64,000 bases of DNA from Phallusia mammillata. Its lineage: Eukaryota. Below the pieces are notes generated by a model, which was given only the letters and a program-made list of their open reading frames with translations, ran no database searches and was not told the origin of the DNA. A program made the translations under genes and the position numbers. Positions 51,606 through 63,600 of this stretch are shown piece by piece. Positions within the stretch are counted from its first letter, which is position 1, and each line of letters opens with the position of its first letter. Where the stretch lies: NCBI GenBank assembly GCA_965637545.1, contig OZ281494.1, positions 11,346,001 through 11,410,000 of the forward strand, in the 5' to 3' direction.

Positions 51606-53090
51606 GTCTACATTCTACAGGCAGTCAGAATAAAGATTACATATTGTCTGGGTGTTGGTTATTACCCATTGATAAATTAATCATTTCTCCAACCAATTAG
51701 AACTTGGTTGTCGAATACAGTAGTACAAACATTTTTTTTTTCTTGTATGATATTTACCACAAATGACATTTGAAGATAGTTTATATAATGGAAGCTGTTT
51801 TTATGCATGCTGAGTGCAGATTTTTTTCTTGGTACTATTGGGTTATTTTTACATTTTGTGAGGAAGACTCAGTTAAGGTTTAATTAACATCAGGAGCTAA
51901 ATATACCAATAACTTGAGGTTTTTGTTCTAATTGACAAACCTGCCACATCTTTCAGCAAATGTGTTTTTGGTATTTTTGTTGGTAAAAACCTTCTCACTA
52001 CGGTCAAATTTTACTGTACCTATTTCAATCAAATTGTATACTTTCAGTTTAATATTGTAATAAAAATAAATATTCCTTATTTTCTTTCTGAAGTTTTTGA
52101 AAAACTGATGTTTGTTTATTGATTCATTTACAATACAATTTCAAAATCAATATGATTACCTAATTTGCCTTTTTAATGACAGTCACAGGCTTGTACTCCA
52201 TATAACTAAAGGACTCATATTTTATGTGTGTTTAATTTATGAATAAAACAGCCTTTTGCAATGCACTGGCACAAACAGTAAAATGTTACAAAACAGAAAT
52301 GTGAAAGAGAATGTGAAACATGGATTTTTTTTGTTTAAAACAAAAATATGGCTTCTGTAATTACAATTGTATGATTAAATGCTTTTTTAAGAAAATCGCA
52401 AACATGTTTGCTTCAAACTAGCCAGTAAACTGTGTTTTATGTTAGGATATTAATGCATGATCAAAACATTGTGTATGGTGTAGTAGGTTCTGGGTGGAGT
52501 TTATACCAAAAATAAAAAGGCATTTGCACAGCTTTGTGGTCTTCATTTCTCAGAAAAAGTTTCCATTTAAAAAAGGAGAACAGTTCCGTTTTGTTAGTCA
52601 TTTAAGTCGCAATATGGCTGGGTCTCCCAACTGTGTTAAAAATTCGATGTTGAATAAAATAGTTCGAGTACATATATTAAAAAAACAGGACAGTGAAGTT
52701 CACGAGTAGGAGCAAAACTTCATCAGAATCAACCCTAACATTGAATCTTTTATATGGGAGTGTTTATACGCATTTAATGTTTAATAAGTACCTCAAACTC
52801 CTTTTGAGAGCGTACACAATATAACTTACCTACCTAAAACCAAGAACACAAACTGGCGCCAGTTTGTTTACAACGGTATGTGACGTCATAATGCGTACAT
52901 TTTTATTCATGGTAGTCAGGCTGCATTCCTTGGAAAAAAGTGCTTACCAATGTATTGAAAATATGATTTCTTCACTGCGTAAAAAAACTTCACGCTTGGT
53001 AAGTCACGAGTCACGACTTCAGATGAATTGATTGTTTACTCACGAGTGCAACAGGGGTTGTGACTTTTTCGTGACACTTGTCACAGTTTG

Positions 53091-53185
53091 TGACAGGCGT
53101 CAATGACAGGGCTGGGGTGTCACCAAATCAGTGACAGGGCGTCATTAAATCAGTGACAGGGCATTACTAAATCAGTGACAGGGCG
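53091..53185 (+). repeat. Left subterminal array (~5 units of TGACAGGGCGTCA-like motif)
   Basis: Units at 53091, 53104, 53132, 53154, 53176; the last three have 22-bp spacing. Confidence 0.85.
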
Positions 53186-53357
53186 ATTTTGCTATAGTTA
53201 AGTGTGCAAAACGAGCCATGTGTTTGTAATTTTCGTCGTATGTTCCGAATTTAGTGCGAAAGGCAGAAAAAAATTGTCCGTAGTAGTATGATGTTACTTT
53301 ATGAAGTTTAGTTTATTCGCGCTCTTCTACGGAAGGTAGAGTGAAACACCTTGATTT

Positions 53358-53767
53358 AAGGGCTACCACTCTAGATATTTTATAGCTAGATCTAGAAAGT
53401 TTGGGTTAAGCCTAGATGTAAAATTTAGGATCTAGATGATGGCTATAAATTCTAGATAGTTTTTGTAACGTTTGTAAAGATCATGGGAACAGTACAAGCT
53501 CACAAATGTTCCACCCAGACCACATTATAACTGTAACAGAAAAATAGAGTGATGAAAAGGAAGAAGTAAGCTTCTTTAGCATCAAATATAGATCAATTTA
53601 TATTAAAAACCTTCATATGCGTTGTTGTTTGGCTAATATATTACATTAAATTGGATTCTTTTATGTTTAGTTAGATATATTTTTGGATGTTTTGTTTTTC
53701 AATCTAAATGATTCGAGATATATATTTAAAACTGGATTATTTCATTCAAACCAAAGTGGCAGCCCTG
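53358..53767. mobile_element. hAT MITE nested in the 4.2-kb element
   Basis: TIR AAGGGCTACCACT / AGTGGCAGCCCTG; perfect TSD CTTGATTT (53350-53357; 53768-53775). Confidence 0.88.
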
Positions 53768-55124
53768 CTTGATTTCAATTAGTCAGCCACTACTGCAAAC
53801 CATACTAAGAAGCAACAGGACTAAATCCATGGATAATTATAAAAAATACTTCCCAAACATAAGCAATTACATCTTAAAATTGTAAAATGTCGTGCAATAT
53901 TTCGTGCTTATGACTTTAATAAGGCATTTGTTAAATCTTGAAAAATTGCAAGCAGCAAAGGTAAGTGTGTTTTTTACAATTTTTGAACTTTCATTGTCTG
54001 CCAGGCAGTCTGACGAGCTCTAACAGGGCGAAAAAGTTCAATCACTTATTTTTAGTCACTTTGTTTATTATTTAAATATGTCTAAGCTCTGTGGTGTGTC
54101 ACATTGTGATATCTGATTGCCATATTTAATTAACAGTATGAATGTTACTTGCAAAAAAAGAGGAGCTCATCTGAGTTTCCAAACAATACAATACTTTTTA
54201 CACATGTAGATTGGACCAACACATTTAGCTGTTTGAAAACAGTAGATTGTTCATGTTTTTTGGTTTATTTCTTGGGAGAAAGCCATCAACATTTAAAGAT
54301 TGGAAACCTATTAACAGTAAACAATATTAAGAAAGTATTAGGCAACTACCAGCACAAAAGAAAGCGATTCAATACTGGTTCTAACAGACTTGGAGGAGTA
54401 AAACATTTGTTTTGTTTGGTGTTTTAACTAATTTCTTAGTTATCCTTTTTTTGGGATTCATCTTTGCTTATACACTTTATCCACCTTCCTTTTTATTTCA
54501 TTTTTGTAACTGACTCCACACAATGTTTAAACTGATCTTATTTAGATCTGATTGATTCAACAACAAGCAACAGAAGTATCTGTAAAATAGTAAAAAAATG
54601 ACACAGTATTACCATTGTATATTTTTGTTACAAAACATTGGTCAGAAAACAACCAGCCACTCTTGTGATTGTTTTCATTAATTAAAAGTATTTGCTAATC
54701 GGTTGTTTGAAGGGTTACAAGAAAAACATAAGAATAATCCTTAAAGGTTGCTGAATTTGTTAAACACAACCTTAAAAAAACGTACCCTAATACCCTAGTA
54801 TTGTTTTCTAGTTCGAGAAGAGCACTGCTTCATTACAGGAATAAAATTGGTCAAAAAAGTTAGATGAATCCGGTAAGACCATTAAATATTTTTCATTTTT
54901 AAGCTTTAAAAGCAATTCTAGTGATGCTGCTAATCATTCATAATATCATTTTATTTTAGACAGTCTTCTTTAGCTATGTAGCCAATGTGATTAGAAAATA
55001 GGTAAGTTTTTTTTTTGTTTTAGACAGCTTTTTTTGTTCACTTTATACATAATTAATTTTGATATAGTGCACAAAATGTTAAAACAATGGTAAAAGCATA
55101 ATTTTTTTTTATCACGTGTACATA

Positions 55125-55270
55125 AAAACTGTGTGCTTATCTACATGTAAAACTTTTGTGAGCAGATTGGATGTGACAGTTGCAGATCATGTCATCACAT
55201 CAAATGTGTGGGAATCAACACCTCTAAGCTTGGAATAATTCAGTCTTGGCAATGTCCTGTTTGCTTAAAA
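55125..55270 (+). pseudogene. PHD-finger coding relic
   Basis: 55166-55270 reads IGCDSCRSCHHIKCVGINTSKLGIIQSWQCPVCLK (CxxC-x4-H-xx-C ... W-x-CxxC); the upstream CLSTC segment is in another frame. Confidence 0.75.
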
Positions 55271-55980
55271 TTTGTGATATTATGGGTCCCCTAAAGGATG
55301 CACATTTTGATTTTACCCAATTTGTGTTTTTTCCCTGAAGTTTTTTCGCAGCAGATTGTGGATATGGTCATGTAGATAGACATTTGTCTTGACAGCTCCA
55401 GTATTTAAGCCACAGGCCACTAAAGTTTAAAAACATTTCTCATAATCCGACGCACCACAAACAACGAGTTTCTGTGATGTTGTAGGGATATAAAGGCAAC
55501 CAAAAATGTGTTGCAAGTGTTACTTGCATTCATTTGGGCTGGTTATTTTGGCAGTTTTAACAGCCTTAAACAATAACCAATTGGGGTTTAATTTTAAAGG
55601 ACTGTTGATTGGCTGATTGTGGTTTGTTATTTTATTATTATGCACATAGTAACCCGTTACTAACCTGCTTCCCCCAAAGATGGGTGTTTTTTTTACATTT
55701 TGATGTGTCAATTGTTGTGTTTTACCCAATGCTCTCACTATTTCCCTTTTCTTTTCTTATTTACTTATAATGCATTGTCACATGAGTATTAATCGATACA
55801 CTGACAGCTAGAGAATATGGTGCGCTTGCTTAGATTTTTAAGTTCTTTATCACATCTAGTCTTTATGTTAGGCATTCATAAATTTGTTGTTTTTTGTTTA
55901 ATAATAAAAGTTGTCTGAAATATTTTTTCATGCTTTATGATTACTGAAGAAGTTTTTGTAACAACAATATTGCCCTAACA

Positions 55981-56910
55981 TTTTTAATAAGTTCCTGAAT
56001 ATCATTGTAGTCCTGGGACCGTTGGCGCATTTTCTCTATCTATCTTAATCCTCTGCCAGTCCTATGCAGTTCGTTCTGGGTCTCCCCCGTGTCTTCTCAT
56101 GACCTTTAACAGTCCTGTGCATGATTCCATATCACATGGCCGAACCGTTGCTACTTTCGTCTCCATGTCACTTCTTCATTGAGACTGCTTCCAGTTGTTC
56201 ACCTTCCATTGTAATGTCTATGTCGCTCTCTTTATCATTTTGCCTTGACCTTACCATGATCTTGCTTTTTTCACTTCTTATCTCCATTCCATACCTTCTC
56301 ATTGTATTGTCCAATGTCAGTAAGTTTCTTACCACTCTGTAATGAATTTGTCCTGCCACTGACACTGTTTCCTCAAAATCTTCCATTGGTTCCATCATTA
56401 TGTGCTCTAATAATATATTGAACAAGATAAGCGACAGCATACACTCTTGACATACTGCAACCAAAGTGCACTTCTGTGGGTTGTCACACATTTCTGGCCG
56501 TATTATACAGTGCTTTGATCAGAAAGATCAGGTGGAGCCTGATACCATGTTTCACCTTCATACTCTACAGAGCTTTTCTCCAAACTCTGCTGGTGGTGAT
56601 GAAGTTCTTGATGTTGGTCCAAATTTTTCACCCAGTATTCAAACTGTTAGGTTGTGCTGGGTCATCCACAGAAACTGGTATGAAGAAAACCTAGTATTCA
56701 AACTGAAGAACAAGCTTCTTCATATAGGAAGTTTCTATCATATGTATTCATGATCTCTTGTGTTTTCCAGGGTGCTTTCTGGTTCTATAGCTATTCCCAA
56801 AGTTTCCTCTGTGGTCGCATTCATGCGTTTAGAGAACTCAGATGTTAGTTCTGGCAACAATGCTTAAAATCTGCCTTTAATCTTTATTTCAAACCTCTCT
56901 CTGCAACCTG
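55981..56910 (-). mobile_element. 5'-truncated, internally deleted non-LTR retrotransposon (RTE-like LINE) relic
   Basis: Minus ORF 56168-56491 has RT-like QECMLSLILFNILLEHIM...TVSVAG and YGMEIRSEKSKIMV...ITMEGEQLEAV; C-terminal RGRPR-like motif and short A-tail near 55981. Confidence 0.85.
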
Positions 56911-56956
56911 GCTCTTTCAGACGACAAAGCAAAAAGACTGTTTTTTCGAAAATTAT

Positions 56957-57215
56957 AAATCAGTGACAAGGCGTCATTTAATCATTGACAGGACGCTAGT
57001 GAATCAGTGACAGGGTGTCAAAATCAATGACAGGGCGTCAGTGAATCTGTGACAGGGTGTCAAAATCAGTGACAGGGTGTCAATAAATCTGTGACAGGGT
57101 GTCAGTAAATCTGTGACAGGGTGTCAGTAAATCTGTGACAGGGCGTCATTCAATCAGTGACAGGGTGTCAATAAATCTGTGACAGGGTGTCAGTAAATCT
57201 GTGACAGGGTGTCAG
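56957..57215 (+). repeat. Right subterminal array: 12 units of AAATC(T/A)GTGACAGGG(T/C)GTCA(G/A)T, period 22 bp (two at 20)
   Basis: TGACA-N3-(T/C)GTCA cores at 56964, 56986, 57008, 57028, 57050, 57070, 57092, 57114, 57136, 57158, 57180, 57202. Confidence 0.95.
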
Positions 57216-57656
57216 TGTGTACCTGACACCCTGTCATTGACAGGCGATAGGTGGCAGCCTGTCACTAAATTGTCACAACCCCGTCTCCACGAGTGTGTGA
57301 TGTCAGATTGTCAGTGATGAAAAATTCCCTGCTGTAAAATGTTATTTATTTAACATTTTATAGGTGGGGCAATGACGTTTCAGGCCAGGGCTATAGTCGA
57401 CATGAAGCCCAAGTTGTGAAAGTGTTTTTATGCAATGCATGCAATTATTAAGAAAATGTATCAACTAAAATATGCATAATGATCTGCCAAACTGTTCTGA
57501 CTAAATATAAATGTTATTTTTTCAGAGTTTTTTTTATATGTTGCTGGATAAGTACTTATGTAATACAAAAGTATTGGAAAGTCATGGCTCCTAATTGCCC
57601 TACCAGTGAAACATAACAACATTTTTATGCACATGTTTGGCATAGCAAACTGAACA

Positions 57657-60600
57657 ATGAATTTTGCCAAACATGTTTTGGTAATGCTTGTGCTGTTCAT
57701 TAGTGCAAAGCATTCAAGTTCATTAGACACATCACATCCCGGACAACTACTTAATGGTGAAGTATTTCCTCTGGATAAAAGAAAATCTTCTGAAGTTACA
57801 CAACAATTGGGGGATACACCCATTTCTTATTCAGACAAAGGGTTGCACAATGCTAATGAAAACACATCAATTCATGTTTCTGAAATTCCGAATGAATATA
57901 TTGTTGTGTTTGATGGTTATTACACTCAGTCTGATCGGAAGAATTATGTTGAAGAAGCAATGCAGTCCATGTACATCAGTGATAAGCAATGGGGAATTAT
58001 GCCTCGTTTCAATCCTGCACAAAAGTTTCCAAGTGATTTTGATATTCTTCAAGTTCATCCAAAGATTAAGGCCAAGGCATGTAACAACTTTCACAGCACT
58101 ATGTGTGTCACTAAAAGATATGCTATTTTGAATATTTTTAGCAGGAGATAGTTTCTGACTTCTTATGAGTAGACAATTTTCTTTTTTTCCACAGGACATT
58201 TTGACCAAGTTAACTCACCACCGAATCAAAAGCATATCTACCCAGAAACTGGTTCACTGCAATATGTTGAGCTTTAATGAGAATGATGCCAGACCAGACA
58301 TACAAAATACCAATGAATCACATTTGATACGAAAATCACGCCAACTTTCTGTAAACAATGAACGACACATGAACAAATTATCACTGAAGTCCCACTCCAG
58401 AGCACCACTGAAGGCTATTCCGAAACAGGGGCAAATCACACAGGTATGGTATAGCAGATTTTGCTGAAAACCTTGGAAAGTTGGATATTTTTGAAGGTGA
58501 AAAACTGTATGGCTTAATAATGGTGTGTCCACATTTTGAGTATTGTCTACTTTGATACTTTTTATGGGTCCCCTTCCCTGAAGGGGACACATATTGTTTT
58601 TGTCTATATATTTTTTTTCTTTCTAACGCAGATTTGTTCCCACGTTTTGGTCAAGAAAGGATGGTTCAAACTTTTTCAAATTTACACACATTAAAGATAT
58701 TGGTCTAAAGATGGTCCATGTAAATTTTGACCCCGTTTGATCCCCCGGTTCACCCACAGCCCCCCAAAACGTGAAATTTTTAGCGCGGCTATTGTTCCCA
58801 CGTTTTGGTCAAGAAAGAATGGTTCAAACTTTTTCAAATTTACACACATTGCAGATATTGGTCTAAAGATGGTCCATGTGAATTTTGACCCCGTATTACC
58901 CAGAGGTTCACCCATAGGCCCCCGAAACATAAATGTGTCTAACGCCCGTTTGGTCAAGAAAGACACTGTAGGCAGAAGTACCAAGAGAGTAACTCACTGG
59001 TTTACGATAGCGGGAGGGCTCAGCTTGACGTCGGACAGACGTTTTACGAGACGTCGTTTCAGTGATTAGAAATCAGCTGTTTTGCACAGCAATGCTATGT
59101 CGTTTTATTAAGTGGTCACTCACATTTTCAGTTTTGACGAAGGTTTTACACCTATGACGTGATTTAAACCTAATAACCGTGCTTCGGTTTTGTATATGTC
59201 AAGAAAAACTTTGTTAATAAAAGTTAAGATGAAAAAATTAACTTGAGTTTTGCCAAATAATTGTTTTTTTAAATGCTCGTTGTCAGGTTGGCTGCCGCAT
59301 GATCACGGGTTACTTAAGGTCAACTAGTCGGTATTACAAACACAGCTCAGAACTTTCTTCATAACGTAGCGTTTTTTTGACAATTAATTAAGGAGTCAAT
59401 ACTCAAGGCATGTATAAATTAGGCTTAACAGTATCGTTGAACACGAATGACGGCGTGCTATTGAAAACGGTGTCAAAAGGTCAAACAGTCGTTTGGCGTG
59501 TGCACCCTGAGAGGTTACTACTGGTCAATGGTACTCGTTTTGCGAAACAAAGTTAAATGAAAAACAATTACTTATGTATACACTTGTAGCAAATTGCTTT
59601 TTAATTTAAAGTGTCTGTAACACAACTGTTACAGCTTTCTAAAAAAATTGTGTTCAAAACCCGACCTTGGAGGACTATATCTGGGTCAAAGCAAGAGATT
59701 AGATTTAAGTCTTTGTTACGTTTTTTTAATTTTGTAATTACATGACAATAATAGTGCAAAAAGAATACGAACAATTTTTTTTTATTGTTGGGTTAATGCT
59801 TTCTAAAAATTTGTCCTTAAGAATGTAAAAATCACCGCAACATTTGTTTACTGTAAATCCGCACAAACGCGCGTGTGGGGACCCATCAGTTTTTGTTTAC
59901 AAAAACAATCATATGTGTAGATCAAATGATGTGTATAGTTAATTAGTAAATATCGTATAGAATATATAAAATGGAAGTATATCAGAAAGCCACTCTTCTA
60001 GTTTCAAATGTAAAAAAACATCGATTTTGAGTGCCTAAACTGCCCTAAAAGATGGACATTTGGACCCCCTCTGTTGCAACAGTTAATAAATATTTGCTTA
60101 AGATATAAAACAACCTTTCTCGTGTTGCAGTTACTCCAAGCGCCTCGCTTATGGGAATCTGGATATACAGGCAAAGGTGTCAATGTTGCAATATTTGACA
60201 CCGGCCTACCTGTCAATCATCCTCACTTTAAAAATATCAAGGAAAGAACAGATTGGACAGATGAAAAAACTGCTGATGACGGTTTGGGACATGGCACTTT
60301 CGTTGCCAGTGTTATTGGTGGTTCATACCAGGACTGCCCTGGTCTTGCACCTGATGCAGATTTGTTCATTTTTCGGGTTTTTACTAATAATCAGGTAGTT
60401 TAATGGTACCTTCTGAATTATATATTTAACACCTAAGAATTTGCCAAATTTTACACCTTTTTTGGAGTCAGAAATGTCAACCTTGGGCATTCTAATGTTA
60501 AGTAAGCTATTGTTTGTAGTGTAGCCATTTTCTCTCAGAATTTAGCGCTTTTTATTGGTGAACAGGATGTCATGAATTATTAACCTACCACACTACACCA

Positions 60601-63600
60601 TCAATTTATTTTTACAGCCCAAATGGAATTGCTAATCTTTTTTGTGTGTATGTATCTGTATTTAAACACAAAATCTTTTTTTCAGGTTTCATACACATCT
60701 TGGTTTCTGGATGCTTTCAACTATGCCATTCTCAAGAAAATGAACATTTTAAATTTAAGTATTGGTGGTCCAGATTTTATGGATCAACCATTTGTTGAAA
60801 AAGTGTGGGAACTGACAGCCAATCACATCATCATGATATCAGCTATTGGAAATGATGGTCCATTGTATGGTAAGCTGAAAAGACAAACCCAAAAGTAGTG
60901 CTCACAGTACACCACATACGTGGGTGATATGCATCATGATTTTTTTTAGATAACAAGGCTGAACATGTTTACATTCCGCTTAGATTGTATCACCCAAAAA
61001 TTATGCCCTAATAATATCTCAATTGAAATTATACACCTGAAGAAAGCTTACTACCTATTGTAGATTTGTACTAATTTGCTCTGACTCATTTTTTAACATA
61101 ACTGGTACATACAGAAAACATATTTTGTACTAGATTCAAAGCAACTCAATAAAATGCATGAAATTGGTGTTTTTTTAGGCACTTTAAACAACCCAGCAGA
61201 CCAGATGGATGTAATAGGTGTTGGTGGGATTGATTACAATGACAACATAGCTCGATTTTCATCAAGAGGGATGACTACTTGGGAGCTGCCTGCGGGGTAT
61301 GGAAGATTGAAGCCTGATATTGTCACATATGGTTCCACAGTTCGTGGCTCTGGCCTTCATGGAGGCTGCCGTTCTTTGTCTGGCACAAGTGTAGCTTCAC
61401 CAGTGGTTGCTGGTGCAGTTGCTTTGCTGTTGAGTTCTACCAAGGAAAAGACCAACAGGCAGTTGATTAACCCAGCCAGTGTGAAGCAAGCACTTATGGA
61501 GTCGGCTGAACGATTGCCAAAAGCCAACATGTTTGAACAAGGTCAAGGCAAGTTGGATCTTATCAAGGCTTACCAGGTACAGTTGCATTGTATTACCAAT
61601 ATTTATGGGTCCCCTTCTATGAAGGGGACACATATTGTTTTTGTCCGTATTTTTTTTTCTTTTTTCTGTCTAACGCTGGTTTGTTAAACGCGTTTAATTT
61701 ATTAAAATTTGGACAGATGTTACATATTAATCCAAATTTGATCCTCCTAAAGTTTGACCCCGAATGACCCAGCGGTTCACCCACAGGCCCCCAAAACGTA
61801 ATTTTTTTAAAACGGCTGTACTGACTAAAGTACATCATCTAGGAGTTATGTGCTCTGTTGGTTGGTGCAATGTCAGGTTTTCTAAAGAATTTTCTAACTT
61901 TTAACAGGATTTACCCATTTTTACGCCTTAAACCCCGAAATAATCATTTCTGTCGAAAGCTGGTTTGTCAAACGCGTTTGGTCAAGAAAGAATGCTTTAA
62001 ATTTATTCAAATTTACACAGATGTTAGCTATCGTTTTAAACCTGATACTCTTAAAGTTTGACCCCGAATGACCCAGCGGTTCACCCACAAGCCCCCAAAA
62101 CGTATTTTTTTTAAAACGGCTGTACTGACTAAAGTACATGATCTAAGAGTTTCATGCTTTGTTGGTTGGTGCAATGTAAAGTATTCTAAATAATTTTCTA
62201 ATTTTTTATTGGATTTACCCATTTTTACTCCTTTAACCCCGAAATAATCGTCACCCCTTAAATCCCGAAATAATCTTTTTTGGTTTTAGGCCAGAAATAC
62301 AAGCCCTAATGTGCTGAAATTTGAAACATTTGTTTGCAGTGGTTTACTCGTTTAGTATTCAAAAATTTGCCTTAATCGGCTAAATAATGACTTTCACAGC
62401 CCATAGTTCGTGTACACCGTCAGTCAGACAGAAGTCCCAAGGGAGTCATTCACTGGTTAACGATTAAAACGGTTTTGTGCAGAGCGGGAGGGATCAGCTT
62501 GATGTCCGGACAGACGTTTTAAGAGACAGTCTTTTCGGTGATTAGAAATCAGCTGTGTTTTTTTCCCTTAAGAATCTAAAAATCACCGCAACATTTGTTT
62601 GCTGTAAATCCGCACAGACATGCGTGTGGGGACCCATTAGTTTTTGTTTACAAAAACAATCATATGTGTAGATCAAATGATGTGTATAGTAAATTGGTAA
62701 ATGTCGTATAGAATATATAAAATGGAAGTATATCAAAAAGCCACCCTTCTAGTTGTTCTAGGTTTTAATCACAGCATCCATGTTTATCCTTGACTGTGAA
62801 ACATTGTTTTGTTAAACAAATGTTTACTTTTGTATAAATCCAATAAATTGTATATTGTATTTGTGGACCAACGGAGTGCAATTTAAATTACAATTTCATG
62901 CATGAAATCCCTATTGTTTGCATTGTTTGTTCAGAAACTTTTTAACTGTGTGTTCTAATCTGGATACTGTACATGACTTTAACCATGTATTTTTTACAGG
63001 TTTTGAACTTTTATGAACCACAGATCAGTTTGGTTCCAAGTTACCTTGATTTCACTGAATGTCCATACATGTGGCCGTACTGCACACAACCACTCTACTA
63101 TACTGGAATTCCAGTAACTGCAAATGTTACAATAATTAATGGCATGGGAGTTGTGGGAAAAATTAAAAGTCCTCCTGTGTGGCATCCATATGCAATGCAA
63201 AATGGAGACAAAATTCAGGTTAGACAAGAAAATGTATGCTTTATATTGAAGTTGTAGCTACAAGAAATCTGTGGAAGAGCAATATCATTTATAAAGTTTG
63301 TAACATGTACAACATAAATTTTTAACCAGGAAAATATATGAAGAAAATATATATATATTTGTAATAAAGTATAGAACTACCTCTTTAAATAAAACAAAAC
63401 TAAAAAAACAGAACTGAAATTGTTTTGAGCTTTTAACATTAATGACAACAATTTTGTTTCTGTTGTTCAATACAGGTTTCCTTTTCATATTCAGAAGTGC
63501 TATGGCCTTGGTCAGGCTACATGGCTTTATCAATATCAGTAAAAAAGCATGCAGCCAACTGGGAAGGCATTGTGCAGGGTCATGTTGAACTTACAGTGAC

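Larger units (their letters stand above)
49841..52948. mobile_element. 3.1-kb non-autonomous DNA transposon, MULE- or Merlin-like
   Basis: Perfect 37-bp TIR GGTAAGCACTTTTTTCCAAGGAATGCAGCCTGACTAC (49841-49877; 52912-52948) and perfect 9-bp TSD AATGTATTG (49832-49840; 52949-52957). Superfamily inferred only from GG termini and TSD length. Confidence 0.9.
53049..57287. mobile_element. 4.2-kb decayed DNA transposon with subterminal palindrome arrays; superfamily unresolved
   Basis: Direct repeat CACGAGTG at 53041-53048 and 57288-57295; inverted ends share GGGGTTGTGAC, GTGACA and GTCAATGACAGGG; TGACAGGGYGTCA arrays at both ends; internal exon-like relics. Confidence 0.75.

Noticed and set aside
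53041-53064. CAC...GTG termini suggesting Transib/RAG-like or Chapaev ends
   Set aside because: CACGAGTG is identical as a direct repeat but has 2 mismatches as an inverted repeat, and no 4-5 bp TSD lies outside it; better read as an 8-bp TSD.
56957-57215. CRISPR-like regularly spaced palindromic repeat
   Set aside because: No unique spacers (units are head-to-tail 22-mers), no cas genes, eukaryotic context; explained as a transposon subterminal array.
58691-59069. 97-110 aa ORFs in MBTPS1 intron 2, and similar ones at 61617-62222
   Set aside because: They are translations of the tandem-duplicated repeat element, with no protein signature.
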